Shown here: positions 12,801-34,156 of the stretch, one piece after another
Layout of the letters: every line of letters begins with the position of its first letter
How positions within the stretch are numbered: the first letter of the stretch is position 1
NCBI GenBank assembly: GCA_001643675.2
Contig: LSRY02000062.1
Span: 372,001-436,000 of the forward strand
Direction of reading: 5' to 3'
DNA length: 64,000 bases
DNA from: Monocercomonoides exilis PA203
Lineage: Eukaryota > Protista > Preaxostyla
Made by a program: the position numbers and the translations under genes
The notes under the pieces: model-generated
Databases searched by the model: none
The model's input: the letters and a program-made list of their open reading frames with translations, nothing else
Told to the model about the DNA's origin: nothing

Positions 12801-14837
12801 GCTCTGTTTTGTGCAATCAATTCCTGCACATCTGCATCCAACCCTGAAATTATATTGTCCTTTTCCTTTAACTGACGTTGGAGTTTCATGTTCTCTTTTC
12901 TTAACGTTTCTAATTCTTCTTCAGTTTTAGAGCTATTTTCAATTGCACTCTGCCTTTTTTCCTGTTCTTTTGCATTTTCTTCTCTTTCTCTCTTTTCTGC
13001 TTCCACTTTTGGCTTCGCCAGCATGTCTTCAATCTCTTTCCTGAGGATCTCATCTGACTGGCTGTTCTTCTTTTGCATCCACTCTTTCATCATTTCGTCT
13101 GCCTCTTTCAATCTTTTCCTCATTTCCTCTTCTGCTTCTTTCAGCTTCTCTTCTTTCTCCTTCGTCCGCTTCGCTTCTTCTTCTCGTTCCATCTCCATCA
13201 CATTTATGGTTATCTTCATTCGCTTCAGTTCTGTGTCTTTTTCCTTCACCCGATCTCTTTCTTCATCCAAAATATGTACAAGTTCAGTCAGCTCCTGCTC
13301 TCTTTCAAATTCTCGTTCTTTTTCCTCTTCTTTTTCTGCTTCTGCTTTCCTCTTTTCTTCGTCTTTCTCTTTTCTCCATCTTTCTTCAATTTCTTCTCTT
13401 TTTGCCCGCTCCTTCGCTTCTTTGGCTTGTAATTCTACAACTCTCCTTTCCAATTCCCTCACTTTTTCTTCTCTTGTTGCCTCAGCAATCGAAAGCACTC
13501 CTTTTTGGCTTCCCTTCTTTTCTTTGGAATCTTTTCCTTTGCTTCTCTTCGCTTCTCTCTCTCTCCACAGCTGCCCCAATCCCAGCCGTTCCCATTCGAT
13601 CGCATCTTCTTCTTTCTCTTTTTTGAGCTCGTCCAATTCGTCACTCAAAGCTGCGTTGATCGTCTGCAGTTCATTCAACTCTGAGTCCACAAATTCCATC
13701 CTCTCTTTTATTTGCTCTTTCTCGTTTTCTCTTTCTTCTTTTAATTCTTTCAGTTCTTTCGCCAATTTATCTTTCTCTTCCTTTGCAATCGCTTTCTCAG
13801 ATGCTATTTGCACCTTCAATTGTTGCACTTCTTCTTTCAGCGCTTGTTCTGATTGATTGTGTTTGATGTTTTGTACAACAAATGTTTTCTCTTCATCCTC
13901 ATCGTTTAACTTCTTTTTTTTCTCCTTTTCCTTTTCCTTCTCTTTCTCTTTCTCTTTCTCTTTCTCCATATCCTTCTCCTTCTCCTTTTCTTTCTCTTTT
14001 CTCTCCACTTCCCTTTGCAGTCTGCTTAACTCAAGTTTGAACTGATTTTCCATAACTTCTTCTCTCTTTTTCTGCTCTTCCTCTTCTTTTTCTCTGATCA
14101 TCCGCTCACTTTCCCATCTTGCCTCATATCTTTTCCATCGCTCTTCTTCTTCTGCTTTTTCTCTTTCGCTTTCCTTTTGAAGTCTTCGAATCTCATTTTC
14201 TCTGTCGAATTTTTCGTCTTCTGCTGATTCGACAGCTCTCTGCAGCCTCTGGTTCTCTCTTTTGATCCGTTCTTTTTCGTCTTTCAGCTGCTCTTCCCTG
14301 TCAATCGCCCCTCGCAGCTCATTTTCCAGTTCCCGAATCTTGTTCCACAGCTTGTTGTCATCTGGCTTCTCGACTTTTCGTTCGTCTGCTTTCAACAAAA
14401 GAATAATTTCTTCAATTTCCTTTTTGCGTTTTGTTTCATCTTCTTTCTCTTTCCTCTCCCTCTCTTCTCTTTCTCTTTCTCTTTCTTCTCTTCTTCTTTC
14501 TCTTTCATCATCTTCTTTTTTCATCTTAACTCTTTCCTCTTCTCTTTCCTTCATTCTCTCCATCCACTCTGCTCTTTCCTGTTTTCTTTCGTTCTCTCTC
14601 TCTTTTCGTTGTGCTTCTCTTTCTTCAAATGCCCTCTCTCTTTCTTTGTGCAGCTCCTCAATCAGCAACTGGATTGCAGCAGGCACAGCAATTCCTGTTT
14701 GATTCGATAGAAAAGGAGAAAGCGGCTGAGGCGCATTGAACTGAGCTTGAATTGATGATGATGATGTGACTGTCGGTGAAGTGAATTGGTTGCTTTTTGG
14801 AGAAGAAGAAGAAGAAGAAGAAGAAGAAGAAGAAGAA

Positions 14838-14869
<32 letters not shown>

Positions 14870-16837
14870 AGAGGAATTTGAGGTGTTTGCGAAAGGTTTT
14901 GAAGATGAAGTGGGAGTTTGCGATGAAGTGGTTGAAGTGGAAGGGAACGTTTGTTGTTCAGATTCTTTTTGTGTTGCATTTGTTGCATTTTTCTTTTTCT
15001 TTTTCTTTGTGGCAAGACGAGGAATGCGTGAAACGAACGACGATGTGGAAGCAGACGAGGATGGTAAGGAAGATGCAGATCCATTTGAAGTGGATGAAGA
15101 AACAGACAAATTGGCAGCTGAAGCAGAAGAAGTGACATGAGAAGGAGAAGACGCAGAAGGCGAAGGAGAAGGAGAGCGAGAACGAGGAGACGGAGAAACA
15201 CGTTTTGGGCGAGGAGAAGGCAGGCGCCGAAGAGAAGGAATTCTGCTGACGGATTGTTTATTGCTTCCTCTCTTATTCTTTAAGAGTCCAAATCTCATTG
15301 CTTGCTCTTCTTCCTCTTTAAGCAAGCTATTTCTTTCGCTTTCGTCGCTTTCATCATCTCCTCCATTTTCTTGTTTTTTGTTTGATGTTCCATTTTCGAG
15401 ACTTGCATTTTCATTCACTTCACTTTCACTCAGAATATCAGACTTGCCCACATTTCTTTGCTCATTTTCTGAATCCTCTTTTTTCTTTTTTGCTTCTTCT
15501 TTCGCTTTGTCTTCGAGCATTTTCTGTTCTTTTTCTCTTTTATCTTCCTCTTCCCATTCTCTCTTCTTGTTGATATACCGATCAGCTTCTGCAATCAACG
15601 CATTAAGCGTACTAAATGTTTTTTCTTTATGTTCAATTTCGTCCCATTCAACTTCATCTCCTTCTTCATACTCTGCAGTTCTTTCATTATGCTCACCATC
15701 TGCGACTGTTCTCTTTTCACTTGGCAACGTTTCTTCATCCATTTTCTTTTCATTTGTTATTTTATCCTTTTCTTCAAAAGTCTCTTCTTCTTTTCTTTCA
15801 TTCTCTCTCTCATTCCCAATTTGAGCTGAATTTTCACGGTTGATGTCATTTCCTTCGTTTTCATTCAGCTTATCCTCATTTTCTTCTTCTTCTTCTTCAA
15901 TGATGGAATTCTCTACCATCATTCGAAGATTACCTCGTTCGTGTCTTTCTGTGTCACAAGGCGAATGAATAGGAGCAAATATTGATGGAGTTGACGAAGC
16001 ATAGTGAGAAGGACTAAGTGGGATAAGCTCGGCAGAAGAAGGATGCCGTGGAACAAGTTCTGTTGCTACAACAAATGGATACGAATTTGGAACAGGAGAA
16101 GAAAATTCCGCTGATGAATTATTGGATGAAGAGAGAGAAGTGAACTGAGCAGGAGTTTGAAGTGCATTAGAAGAAGAACGAGATATTTGTTGTGGAGTTG
16201 ATGAAATGTCAGATGATGTGAAAGATGATATATTTGAAGAGGAGGAATCGTTGAGGGATGAAGGAGTTTGAATTGGAGATACAGGTTTTGGTGTATGAAA
16301 AGGATGTGAAGATAATGATTCAAGAAGCATTGACGGTCGATCCTGCAAATGATCTATATCTTCTATTAACAAATCCTTTTTAAGTTCAGGCGACAATGAA
16401 CTTTTTGCATCGCAATCGTCAGAAAGAGAACTATTGCAATTTTGGCTAATAACTTCGACATTTCGAATCAATGAACTTTCTTCGCCAATTAAACTTAACT
16501 CCTTTGACGAGTTTGATTCTGCGGATTGCGACTTTTGTTTCAACCGAGAGAAAGAAAGAGAATCTTCAATTGAACTCATTGTAACTGTAATATCAGAGAT
16601 ATTCTGATAATCTGGAAGTGGAGGAAAAGAGGGTTGCAGTTTTTCCACTTCCAATGAAAATCTTACTGAAGGACGCATTGAATTAACATTTAAAGCAGGA
16701 GAATTTCGTTGATTTGTTTGAGATAATTCAAGCAAAGAAACATCATCTGCAGTTCTTTCATAACTGTCACGATTTACATATGATTCGCTCTCTGTGGATA
16801 AAAGCATTTCATCGGAAAATTGCTCTAAGTTTGTCAT
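9869..16837 (-). CDS. Giant (about 2,320 aa) coiled-coil, Glu/Lys/Arg- and Ser/Pro-rich protein of unknown function
   Basis: Uninterrupted 7-kb ORF; first ATG at 16837 (MTNLEQF). Long charged heptad-like central region flanked by Ser/Pro-rich disordered segments. No catalytic motif recognised. Confidence 0.8.
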
Positions 16838-16905
16838 GGAAAGCAAATGCTTCAAAAATGCAAAATATCCAAAAATTTGTTATGTATCAATAACCTTAAT
16901 AAAAA

Positions 16906-17207
16906 ATGTCAATTCAACAAACCGACGAAAAAATAATTCTTGACGAGAGGCAAAAGGCACAGTTGGAAGAACGATCGGTATTTAAAGACTTTATTTGTAT
17001 CTAATATTTTTTTGAAAAAATTCTGTGAAAATATATTTTCAGACAACAATGGCAGAGGAATATCAAGCATATATGAAAAGCCATCCAGAAATAAAACATA
17101 TATTGTCAGATTTTCTTTGTGACGTTTTAACAAATAAGCCAGAAGATGTTTTCCAATATGGCAAAGAGTATTTTGAATCAATAAGTGCTGCATATCCAAA
17201 ATCATAA
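16906..17207 (+). CDS. Small RIIa/Dpy-30-type dimerisation-docking domain protein (RIIAD1-like, possibly flagellar), 78 aa; exons 16906-16977 and 17043-17207
   Basis: Spliced product MSIQQTDEKIILDERQKAQLEERS/TTMAEEYQAYMKSHPEIKHILSDFLCDVLTNKPEDVFQYGKEYF matches the Y..HPE...L.DFL..VL..KPEDV..F..EYF signature. 65-nt phase-0 GT-AG intron. Confidence 0.8.
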
Positions 17208-17848
17208 TGAGAAATCATTTCGCATCACTTCACGCCAAACGTTCATGTTTCATTATTTTTTTCGTTTTTCTGTGAGATTATAATGCTTTTTTTCAAAAGC
17301 AGGATTGACTTATTTTGTGTTTATTAGATTCAACTCTTTCAATTGCAATCTAATGATTCAATCTTTTAATTTTTAATGATTTCGAAAACTAGTCCAATCA
17401 AAGTTTCCTTTTAATTAACCATAACAAGCATTTAATTTATATTATTTGATTTTTTTTATATAACAAATCAATAACTGAAATGAACCAAATCAGCTCCAAA
17501 ATATCATTTTTCATTTTAATCGAGTTTTCGTTTAAAACACATCAACCTGAAAAATGCAACCATTCAAATTATAATTATTATTATTATCTTTATAGGAATA
17601 ACTATCTTTAGAAAAATTAAATTAATTATTCATGCGATTTTTTTTATTTTTTAATGGAATTTCTGGATATGTACTTCGAAAAATATTTTTTGAAATGAAA
17701 AAATAATTTTTTTTGCAAGATACGCTCTTTTACAATTTTTCTTTTCATTTCCACAAATTACTATAAATCATTTTGCCGATCAAACAGTCCATATTATGGT
17801 TAAGAAAAAGATAAATAATGGTTGGATTTAGATCTTTATTTGTATCAC

Positions 17849-18353
17849 ATGTCTTGGATTGATCATCTCAACGCACAACTTGTTTCAAAAGGTGTAAGCG
17901 CTTGCGCCCTTCTGGGAGCAGCTGACGGTGCAGTCTGGGCAGATCACGGAAGTGGAGTTTGTTTTTCTTATTGTTGTAATTTTGATCCATATCAAATTGG
18001 GATCTTTATGTTTCTTTGAATATTTCGTGTTGATTGATTTAATATTAATAATTTGAATGATTCTCAATGCACTCAAACTTTAGTTGTCTGCAGGTGAAGC
18101 TCAAAACATCGCAAAATTGTTCTCAAATCCTGCATCTGCTTTTGCAACAGGTGTCATGGTTGGAGGAGTGAAGTTCTTCTGCACAAGAGCTTCTGATGAT
18201 ACCATTGCTGCAAGAAAAGACCAACGTGGACTTTTCCTTTGCAAATCTGACAAAGCTATTGTTGTTGCTCTCCATGATGAGACAATGAACGCAGGAACAT
18301 GCAGCACCTTCGCTGGAAAAGCAGCTGATTATTTCAGAAGCCTTGGATTCTAA
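17849..18353 (+). CDS. PFN: Profilin; exons 17849-17956 and 18084-18353
   Basis: MSW start, ALLGAADGAVWA, GVMVGGVKF and KAADYFRSLGF are typical profilin motifs. 127-nt phase-0 intron; 125 aa. Confidence 0.95.
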
Positions 18354-19536
18354 GTAATATTATTTTTATGCAACATTCGATAGCCCTTCTTTCTCTCTGT
18401 TATGATCCCTGTTTACTGAATTTTTTTTGATTTCAAATCATCTCGTATATTGATTGACCATTTATATGTACATCAACATCGTAGTGCTTATCTTTAGTTC
18501 CTAATCACCAACTTGTTTTTGTATGAAACAAAAATAGAAAAATCATTCATGTTTTTTATTTTTATATTTAAGGATATTTTACAAAGGATGATCAAAATAT
18601 GTTGAAAATTTGAAAATACTTTAAGATATTTCAAAAGAGGGATACTTCAATCAGTATGTTCTCGAATATGAAGTGAAATTGAACATTTGAAATTCAAAAA
18701 TAGTTTTTCTTTGAATAAAACCATCATGAACATTCCATCAACGATAAAACATGAGAAAAATGTAAAAAATAATTATACAAAAATCGAAGGATAAATAGAG
18801 AATGAAATAATATACACATATAATAACATTTACAAAGAAAAAGCTATAATTGATAAGTATTTAAACAAAGAAAAAATAGAAAGATCAAACAAAAGTCCAA
18901 AACAAGTTTCCATATGGGAGTGCCAAAAAATTGCACAAACTATCTTCATTGAACAAATACAGTAAAAGAGGAAAGGAGTGCATTCAGCAATTATACTTTG
19001 CGATTAAATATTTAGAGTAAAAACAGGAAAATAGAATCATCTCTAGTTTAAAAGAACAGCGAGAATCGAAATGTACTCAACTAGATAATTGCATGCAGAC
19101 AAAAACAAATATCAATACAAATTAGCAACATAAATCAATATGAGGAGAAGCAAATAATCTACTTTGTTTTTTTGAGAGACTAAAAAATGAGAAAATTTCA
19201 CAAAAAGCAAAGTAAAATTTTTACTCCAGAAAAAATTCGCAGAAGAAAAATAAAATTCATTCCGTTTAATTCGAAATACAAAAATTTGGGGTGAATTTTT
19301 TAGCATTGCAACATTACTTGCATCGCATCTAACAAAAATAATAATTTCATAAAATATGCTTGTTCCATCATCATTCACAAAGATTCTAGAAAACTCAATT
19401 TGTCTATTTTTGTAGAATTTCATATGACTTTTAAGACTCAGAATATTTTTGTTCTTCTTGTATACTTCCAACCTGCTTCAATTTATCCTTTTGCCTTTCT
19501 GCTCTCTTTCTTTCTCAGTTCTTCGATGAAGTGCAA

Positions 19537-22500
19537 TTAGACCGTATGATTGGTTTGCTGTTCAGTTCCATTTTCCTGTTCTTTCGCTGCCTTTTTCCCG
19601 CCTCCTCTCTTTTTCCTTCCAATTTTCACTTTCCTTCCTCTCTCTTCATTTTTAGCAGCATTCCCGTCTTTATTCTCTCCCCTGGGCTTTTCGAGCTTCG
19701 TCTGCTTTTTCTGCATTTTTCTTCTTTTTTCTCTCAAAAGGCGTTCAGTTGTTGTTTCAAAAGGAGTCAGCCCTGCCTTCACTCGAGACACATTCAGCTC
19801 TGCTTCCAATCTTTTCCTCTCTTCTTTCTCAACAAACCTCTTCAAACGGAGCTTATCGCGCATCACTTCTCTTCGCAGCACTTCGACTGCTATTTGAAGA
19901 TACTCCACTTCTGTTTGCATCTTCTTCGCTTCTTTTTCTTCTTCTGTTAACTCTGCCGGCTCTGCTTCTAATTCACTTTCTTCTTTCTTTCTTTCTTCTT
20001 TCTCTCCTTCTTCATTTCCTTCTCCTTCTTTGTTTTCTTCGATCTTCATCTTCTCATTTTCAGCGATTGCTTCTTCTGCCTTTCTGATTGTTTCTATCAA
20101 AACATCCAGCTCATTCTCTTTTTCACTCCACACACTCAAACTCTTCCAATACGCCAATGAATCAGTCAGTCTGTATTTTTCAATATCATTCACTCGACAT
20201 TCTTCTTCAGACATCAACATTCTTTCTCTTTCTTCAGATTCAGCTTCAATTTCAGCTTCATCTTTGATTTTGTCTTCTTCAGCTACGTTATTATTTTCCG
20301 TTGTTGCTTCCTCTTCTTTTATTTCTTCCTTCTCTTCCTTCTCTTCTTCTTCTTCCTCTTCATCCTCTTCTTCTTCTTCTTTTCCTTCTTTCCCTTCTTT
20401 TCCTGCTTCTGCATTTGCATTCTCAATTTTAGACAAAATAAGTGCATCTTCTGAATACATCCTCATCTGCTCTTCTTCTCTTTCCATTGCTTTTTCTTCG
20501 TATTCCTCGTCTTCCTCTTCTTTCTCCTCCAGTATCTGCTTCCTCTTCTTCACACTCTTCACAACAATCTTCTTCAGCTGAGGATTGCTAAGCTCCCACT
20601 GCTTCTTCCATTTCTGTGTGAAATACTGCAAACCCATCGTTTCCCTCTCGTTTGTGCGCAAGTCCATCATCTTCTTCTGATAGAAAATAACTCTTTTCAT
20701 GTGATATTCCTTCAGCCTCCTCAAAAACTCCCTCCTTCGCCTCCTCTCCAGCGCCTCTTTCTCTCTCTTCCTCTGCTCCCGCTCCTCATTCGCCATTCGC
20801 TCTCGCTCTTCCTTCTCCTTCCGCAGCTGCCTCTTCCTCCTCTTCATCTCCTTCTTCTGCGCCTGCTGCTTCTCAAACAGCTCCTTCAGAATCGCCTGCT
20901 TCAGCCGGCTCTCCTCTGCCTTCATCAGCGCCCTCTCCGCCTCTTCCCTCTCAATCTCCTCCAGACGCTGCAGAAGATGCTTCCTCCTCGCCAGCTGTGC
21001 GGCCACTGCCTCTTCTTGTCTGCGCAGCTCTTCTTCTTCTCTCCTCATCATCTTCATCTCGTCATTCACATCACTCGCTTCAGAATTCTCTCCCTCATTC
21101 TGCTGCTCTTCTGCTTCTCTTTCTGTCTCTTTCTCTTTCTCTTTCTCTTTTTCTTCTGCATTTTTGAGAAGTGCAAGCAATCTCTTTTCTTCAAATGTCA
21201 AGTTTGCTTCGCTGTTTGCTTTGTCGTCCATGAAAATCGAACTCAACTTTATTTTTCTGCTTTCCTTCGTTTTTTCTGTTTCGATTCGCCAAAGAATCAA
21301 TTCCTCTTCTTTTCTCATCAATTTCAATTCGTTTTTCCTCCTCTTTTCTTCTTTCTTCTTTCTTTGCCTTTCTTTCTCTCTTTCTTTCTCCCTCTTTTTC
21401 ATCTGATTTTCTTCGTCTTGCATCAAAGCCAGCTCAATTAGCTGTTGCTTCATTTGCTCTTCATCTTCAACAGCTTTGTTTGCTTCTTCCTCTTCTTTTG
21501 CAATCAAATCCGTTTCATCTGCTTCTTGTTGAGATTGCTCTTCTTTTGCCTTTTCTTCTTCATTTTCATTTTGACATGTCACTTCCTCAGTTTCATCTGT
21601 TATCTTTTCTGTTGATTCCTTCTGATCTAATTCTTCTTCTTCTTTGCTCTTCTTTGCTATTTCTTCGCTTTCTTCAACGCAACAAACAGATTCAGATTTT
21701 TGAGCATCTTTTTCTTCATTCTCAACTTTCTCGTCTTTTTGAGCTTCTTCAGATTTCTCCTCTTTTCCTTCTATTTCATCAGCTTGTTGATTCTCATTCT
21801 TTTCCTCTTCGTTTTCATCATTTGACGACTTTTGAGTAACATTCAGCAGATCTGAAGCTTCCTCCACTTTTTTGCATTCTTCTGAAGATTCATCAGTTTT
21901 GCTGCTTTCTTCATTTCCATCAATATGTTTATCTTCATCTTTTGTTTCAACAGCTTCTATTTGCTCTCCTTCTTCTGATTTCTCATTTGGTTGAGAATCA
22001 TCAACAGCTCCTTCTTTTTCTGCTGGTTTATCTGCATTCAGTTCTTCTGAATCTGCTTTGTTTTCTTCTGCTCTATTTTCTAATTCAACAGCTTCATCAC
22101 TTTGTTTATTTTCTTCTTTTTTGTCTTCTTCTTTCAGCTCCTCCTCATCTTTTCCTTCAACACCACTTTCGCTTTTGATCTTTTCAATATCTTTCATCAG
22201 TAGCCCTGTCATTTCATCATTTGAGTCATTTCCATCTGCTGACTCACACACATTCTGATTGGCTCCTACAAGCACAATTGCTTCTCTGACAATAACATTC
22301 TCTTCTTTCTTATCTTCTTTTTGAACATTCTGCTTTTCAGAACTGTTTTGCTGGTCTTCAGTTGCAGCTGATGCATTCATCATTTCTCCATTGCTCATTT
22401 CATTCATCTCACTTTCTGTTTTATTTTGTGATTCATCTAAGACATTTGAGCTGTCTTGTTTAATCTCTTCCTCTTTTGCTTCTGATTGATCTTTCATTGA

Positions 22501-24671
22501 AGATTCATTTGTTGCGTCTTGCTTGTCATTGTCTTTCATTTGGATGGGAACATAAATCACTTTCGGTATTGTTTTGTGTTGTAAATAGCTTCCTTTCTTC
22601 TGAAACATCCGATGAGACGACGCTGGTGCAGATGCTATTCGCTCGTCTTTGCCTTCTTCGTCTTCGTTCTCTTCTGTTTCGTCTTGTCTTCTGCTTCTTC
22701 TGCCCCAACTCTCTTCGAGTCTGCTGAGTGTTGCTTTGATGTTCGATGCACCAGAAAGCAATGAAAGTTCGTTGGGTGTCACTTTATTTGGAAACAATTC
22801 ACTTTTTGTTGGATTCTCTGCTTCTTCTTCTTCTTTCGCTTCAACCTCCTCTTTTTGATTTTCTTTGCCATCTTGTTCGTCTTTTGGTGTGAGCTGATTC
22901 AGATTTCCTTCATCTCCTGGTTCTGTCATTTGCCTAACCTCTTCTTCCTTTTCTATAATTTCATCTTCATCTTCGTCTTTATCGCTCTCATCATTTCCTT
23001 CTTTCTGTCCTTGAGATTCACTCAATGGACTTTCATCATTTCGTGACAATCTGTCTTTTCTATCTTCACTTTGAAGTGCCCGTTCAACCTCCTCCTCCTC
23101 CTCCTCCTCCTCGTCATCGTCTTCATCGTCATCGTCATCGTCTTCGTCTTCTTCATTGTCATTATCATCATCTTCTTCGCTTCTTCTCTTTTGAGTGCTC
23201 TTATTTGTCTCATATCCCCCTTTCTGCTGTCTGTTTCCAGCTGTCTCCTGATTCAGTGTTTCCACCAGATCTGGATACTCCCAGTTTGTCTTCTGCAGCT
23301 TCTGCCTCTTCTCCTCCAGCCACTTCTCAAACGTCATCTTCGGTCTCTTCCACTTCGTGCGCCGTGTCGAAACAAGACCGTCTTTTCGCTCCGAACGCGG
23401 TGACGCTTCGAACGATAAGCGCGACGAATGCGGCGAGGAAAACGAAGAAGCCGCAGAAGACGAGGTGCTTTTGGGTGTTTGCTGCAGAAGAGACGGAGTA
23501 AACAGAGCGGGCAGACGGCGCGGGGGAGACGAAGAGAACGTCAGCGACGACCGATTCTTTGCATTCCCTTTCAATTTTGCAGAAGGAGCAGAATTGATCG
23601 AGTAACCTGTTCCTCGTTGTGGCTGACTTTCCCGAAGCTTTTTTTCTTCATCAAATGCGCTTTTCTGCCTTTTTTTGTTTCCTTCTTGTTTCTTCTCTAT
23701 TTCTCTCATGATGCGAGCAATGTCTTCTTCTTCTTCTTTTATCTTCTGCTTCAACTGATTCACTCTGTCCTGAAGCTTTTTCTTTTCAATTTCTTTTCTT
23801 TCTGCTCTGCGTGCCCTGTCATTCTCGCCCTTTTCTTCTGTTTCATTGTAATTTCTTCGTTTTATCTTTCTTCCATCTGCGTCGTTCTGCCTTGCCTTTC
23901 GATTGCTTTTGTCTCCACTACAATCTGATTGTCTGCTTTTGCTTCTTTCAGTCGTATCTCCTTTATTGCTCTTTTCATTTTGCTTTCTGTTTGATTTTAC
24001 AGGTTCAGCCTTGATGCTGCTATCACGTGCACGAACATGAGAGTTCGATCCTTGCATTGACTGTGGAATGACTGAGAAGTCAGACAGAGAGAATGAAGTC
24101 GAAGAAGTAGAAGAAGATGAAGAAGTGACACCCTGCGAGAGCGGAGAAAGAGGATGATGAAATGGAGAAGAAAGTGAATGTGCAGGTTGAGGTGTAAGAA
24201 GCAGTTGAGGTGAAGGTGAAGAGTGAGGAGACTCAGTTGAGTAAAATGAAGATGAAGATGAAGAAGACGAAGTGCGGAAATGCTGATTTGTGAATGAAGA
24301 TCCAGACGAGATTTTTCGCTTAAGGGATGAAGATTCTATGTTCGAAGCTTTCAAAGGAGAAGAACTTCTGTAGCTCTGCCTTGGTGATGATGTGTTTTTA
24401 TTTTTGGCAGAAATATATCCACCACTTTCAGATCTTAATTTAACTGGAGGTAACGCTCTTTTATCCACAATCTGAGGCGATGATGGATGTCGAATAATGG
24501 AATTTGGAGTGCCGATAAAAGAATGAGAGGATTTTAAAGATGGTTGTTTGAACCCTTCTCGAAGAGGGGGTAATTTTTCTGAAAAAGAAAACGAACGTTA
24601 AAAAGAAAACAAAACAAATTAAAAGTTACTATAAAAAAATTGATGCTACCTTCTGCTGTTAACGCTTGCAT
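19537..24671 (-). CDS. Large (about 1,690 aa) acidic/coiled-coil low-complexity protein; short first exon 24671-24650, intron 24649-24579
   Basis: 4.9-kb ORF whose frame stays open upstream to an AG acceptor at 24579. The MQALTAE exon splices in frame (phase 1). Confidence 0.75.
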
Positions 24672-25152
24672 TATATTGACTTTTTTGAATAAATAATTGA
24701 ATAATGAATAAAATATTCTTTTTTCTATATAATATCTAAAAAAAGCAATCAATACAATGAAAAAACATTAATTACATAAGTGCTAAACATAAACAAAGAG
24801 TTCATACAGCTTTGTGTTTTTTTTGATTTAATAAAACTCTAAAATGCAAAAAAGAGTAAATGTCATAAAATTTCCAAAATAATTTATAATCATAAATGTG
24901 CATTCACATAACAATGATTAGTTCACACAACAATAACAAGTTAAGAGCAAAAATGCTTTTTCTAAGAAAAATCTATGCTCTTTTAACAGATTTGAAGGAG
25001 TAATTATTTAATGGGTATAATGAACGCTTGAATAGAAAGGCTTCAGAACAATTTTAAATTCATACACAAAAGAAAATGCTGTTATAACTATTTTTTTTTT
25101 TTAAAAAAAATTAACTTGCAAATTGTATGATTAAAAAATTGAAATGCAAAAA

Positions 25153-25827
25153 TTACCACTGAATATTTCCTCTTCGAATTGCATCACGATCCATATTTCT
25201 TGCTGCACGAGGACTTCGAGATGCTACTCTTCTAGGTGATGCTTGCTCGCAAGACTGTTGAGGTTGTGCAGGCTGAACGGGTTGTTGAGTTTGTTGAGGC
25301 TGTGGTGGAGGTGGTGCAGGCTGAGAGCATTGATTTGGTTCATTGCATTCCTGTTTTTTCATCCCTGGAAACATTCCCATTTTATTCATTTGATCAATTT
25401 GCTTTTGAATACCCTTCGGAGGCTCTTTTAGTATTGTTGGTCCACATCCAGGCTTCCAATCTTTTTGAGAGAAATATTTTCAAAAATCTAAAATAAACAT
25501 TTTGCAATTGAAAACAAAACCTGCACTGGGACATGAAACATATCCAAGACCATCTATATATCTTTGAGTGCACATGTTGTTTTCTTCAATCCATTGGGGA
25601 TTTCCGCTTCCATCATCAATTTGCTTATAAACTTTTCCCGTTTCTGGATCACTGATTAAAATCAAGTACAAATTTATGAAGAAATAAAAAAGTTGAAAAA
25701 CCGCAAACGTCACCGACATAGTGCTATAACCATTGCTTAATGGCATATTTAGTTGGGAGCAAGGCATGCATCGAAAACATTGGGAAAGAACATCGTTAAA
25801 CAAAAGAGAAAGCAACACAATAATCAT
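25153..25827 (-). CDS. Small Cys-containing, probably secreted protein with Pro/Gln-rich C-terminus, about 2 introns
   Basis: Signal-peptide-like MIIVLLSLLFNDVLSQC. Coding segments are separated by short AT-rich GT-AG intervals; the last exon contains QPAPPPPQPQQTQQP. Confidence 0.6.
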
Positions 25828-25978
25828 TGCTCGAGGGTATTCAAAGAAAGAGTTGATATCATTTTTGTATACAGCTTCAATCGATCTCAAGTCAAAAGTA
25901 ATTTTCTTTTTCCTATAGTGTGGGAGTAGAGATCTCTATGATACTGATCTGCCTTTTCCAGGTCAGTCTGAAGCAAAT

Positions 25979-33315
<7,337 letters not shown>

Positions 33316-33915
33316 TATGTATTTGCGTTGATATTGTTTCTTTGAGTAATTATTTTGATGTTTATATGTAATTATTTTGTTTTTATTTTGTTCTATTAAT
33401 ACAGATGGATCATCGTTGAATTTTTTATTTTAGCACGATTGAGATATATATGTTTTTGATGAGTTTATGCATTGATTTATAAGGAGAATTGCATTATTGT
33501 AAGAATTAAAAATTTTAAACCAATTTAGTTGAATATGTATTGTTTGAAATAATATTTTTTGTGTGTTTATTTGTTTATAATGGTTTTGGAATAACTCGAG
33601 GAAATGTTTTCATTTCACTTTTTTATAATATTTTATTTTAATTTATTTTTCTTTTAGTATTTCGTTACGGATTTTCTCTCCATTTTTGGAGATGAACATA
33701 AATAGAAATTCTTTATTGCTGTTGTAATGTATGTATGCATTTTGTAAAAAATATTAGATTTATCAGCAAAATATTGAGGCAGTGAAATTTTTGTTTTTTT
33801 CAAAATGAATTGAAACATTATTAAAGATTTTGCTATTTAACCACATAATTAATAAATAAAATTCAACCATATGTAAGAAATCATTTGATTTGGTATATTT
33901 TTAACTTTCTTATTT

Positions 33916-33943
33916 ATTCTATTCTATTCTATTCTATTCTATT
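33916..33943 (+). repeat. (ATTCT)n microsatellite
   Basis: About 5.5 tandem ATTCT units. Confidence 0.8.
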
Positions 33944-34156
33944 TTTATTTTTTGATTGTCTGTACTTAAAAGTGTTGATTTGTGCTTTTTTCAAATCTGT
34001 AATGACATGCTTTCAAAATTTGATGAACCAAACAATTGTGACTTGCTGATTTATGAAAGTAATTTTTTTAATTTCGGATGGAGTTGGAAATAATTTCAAC
34101 TTCAGAGAAAAAAGAAAAAAGAAAAAATTTTTCAATATTGATAAAAATGGCAAATA

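Noticed and set aside
10033-23928. Dozens of long antisense or alternate-frame ORFs rich in F/S/L over the giant genes
   Set aside because: Shadow frames produced by GAA/TCT low-complexity codons of the real genes; no independent motifs.
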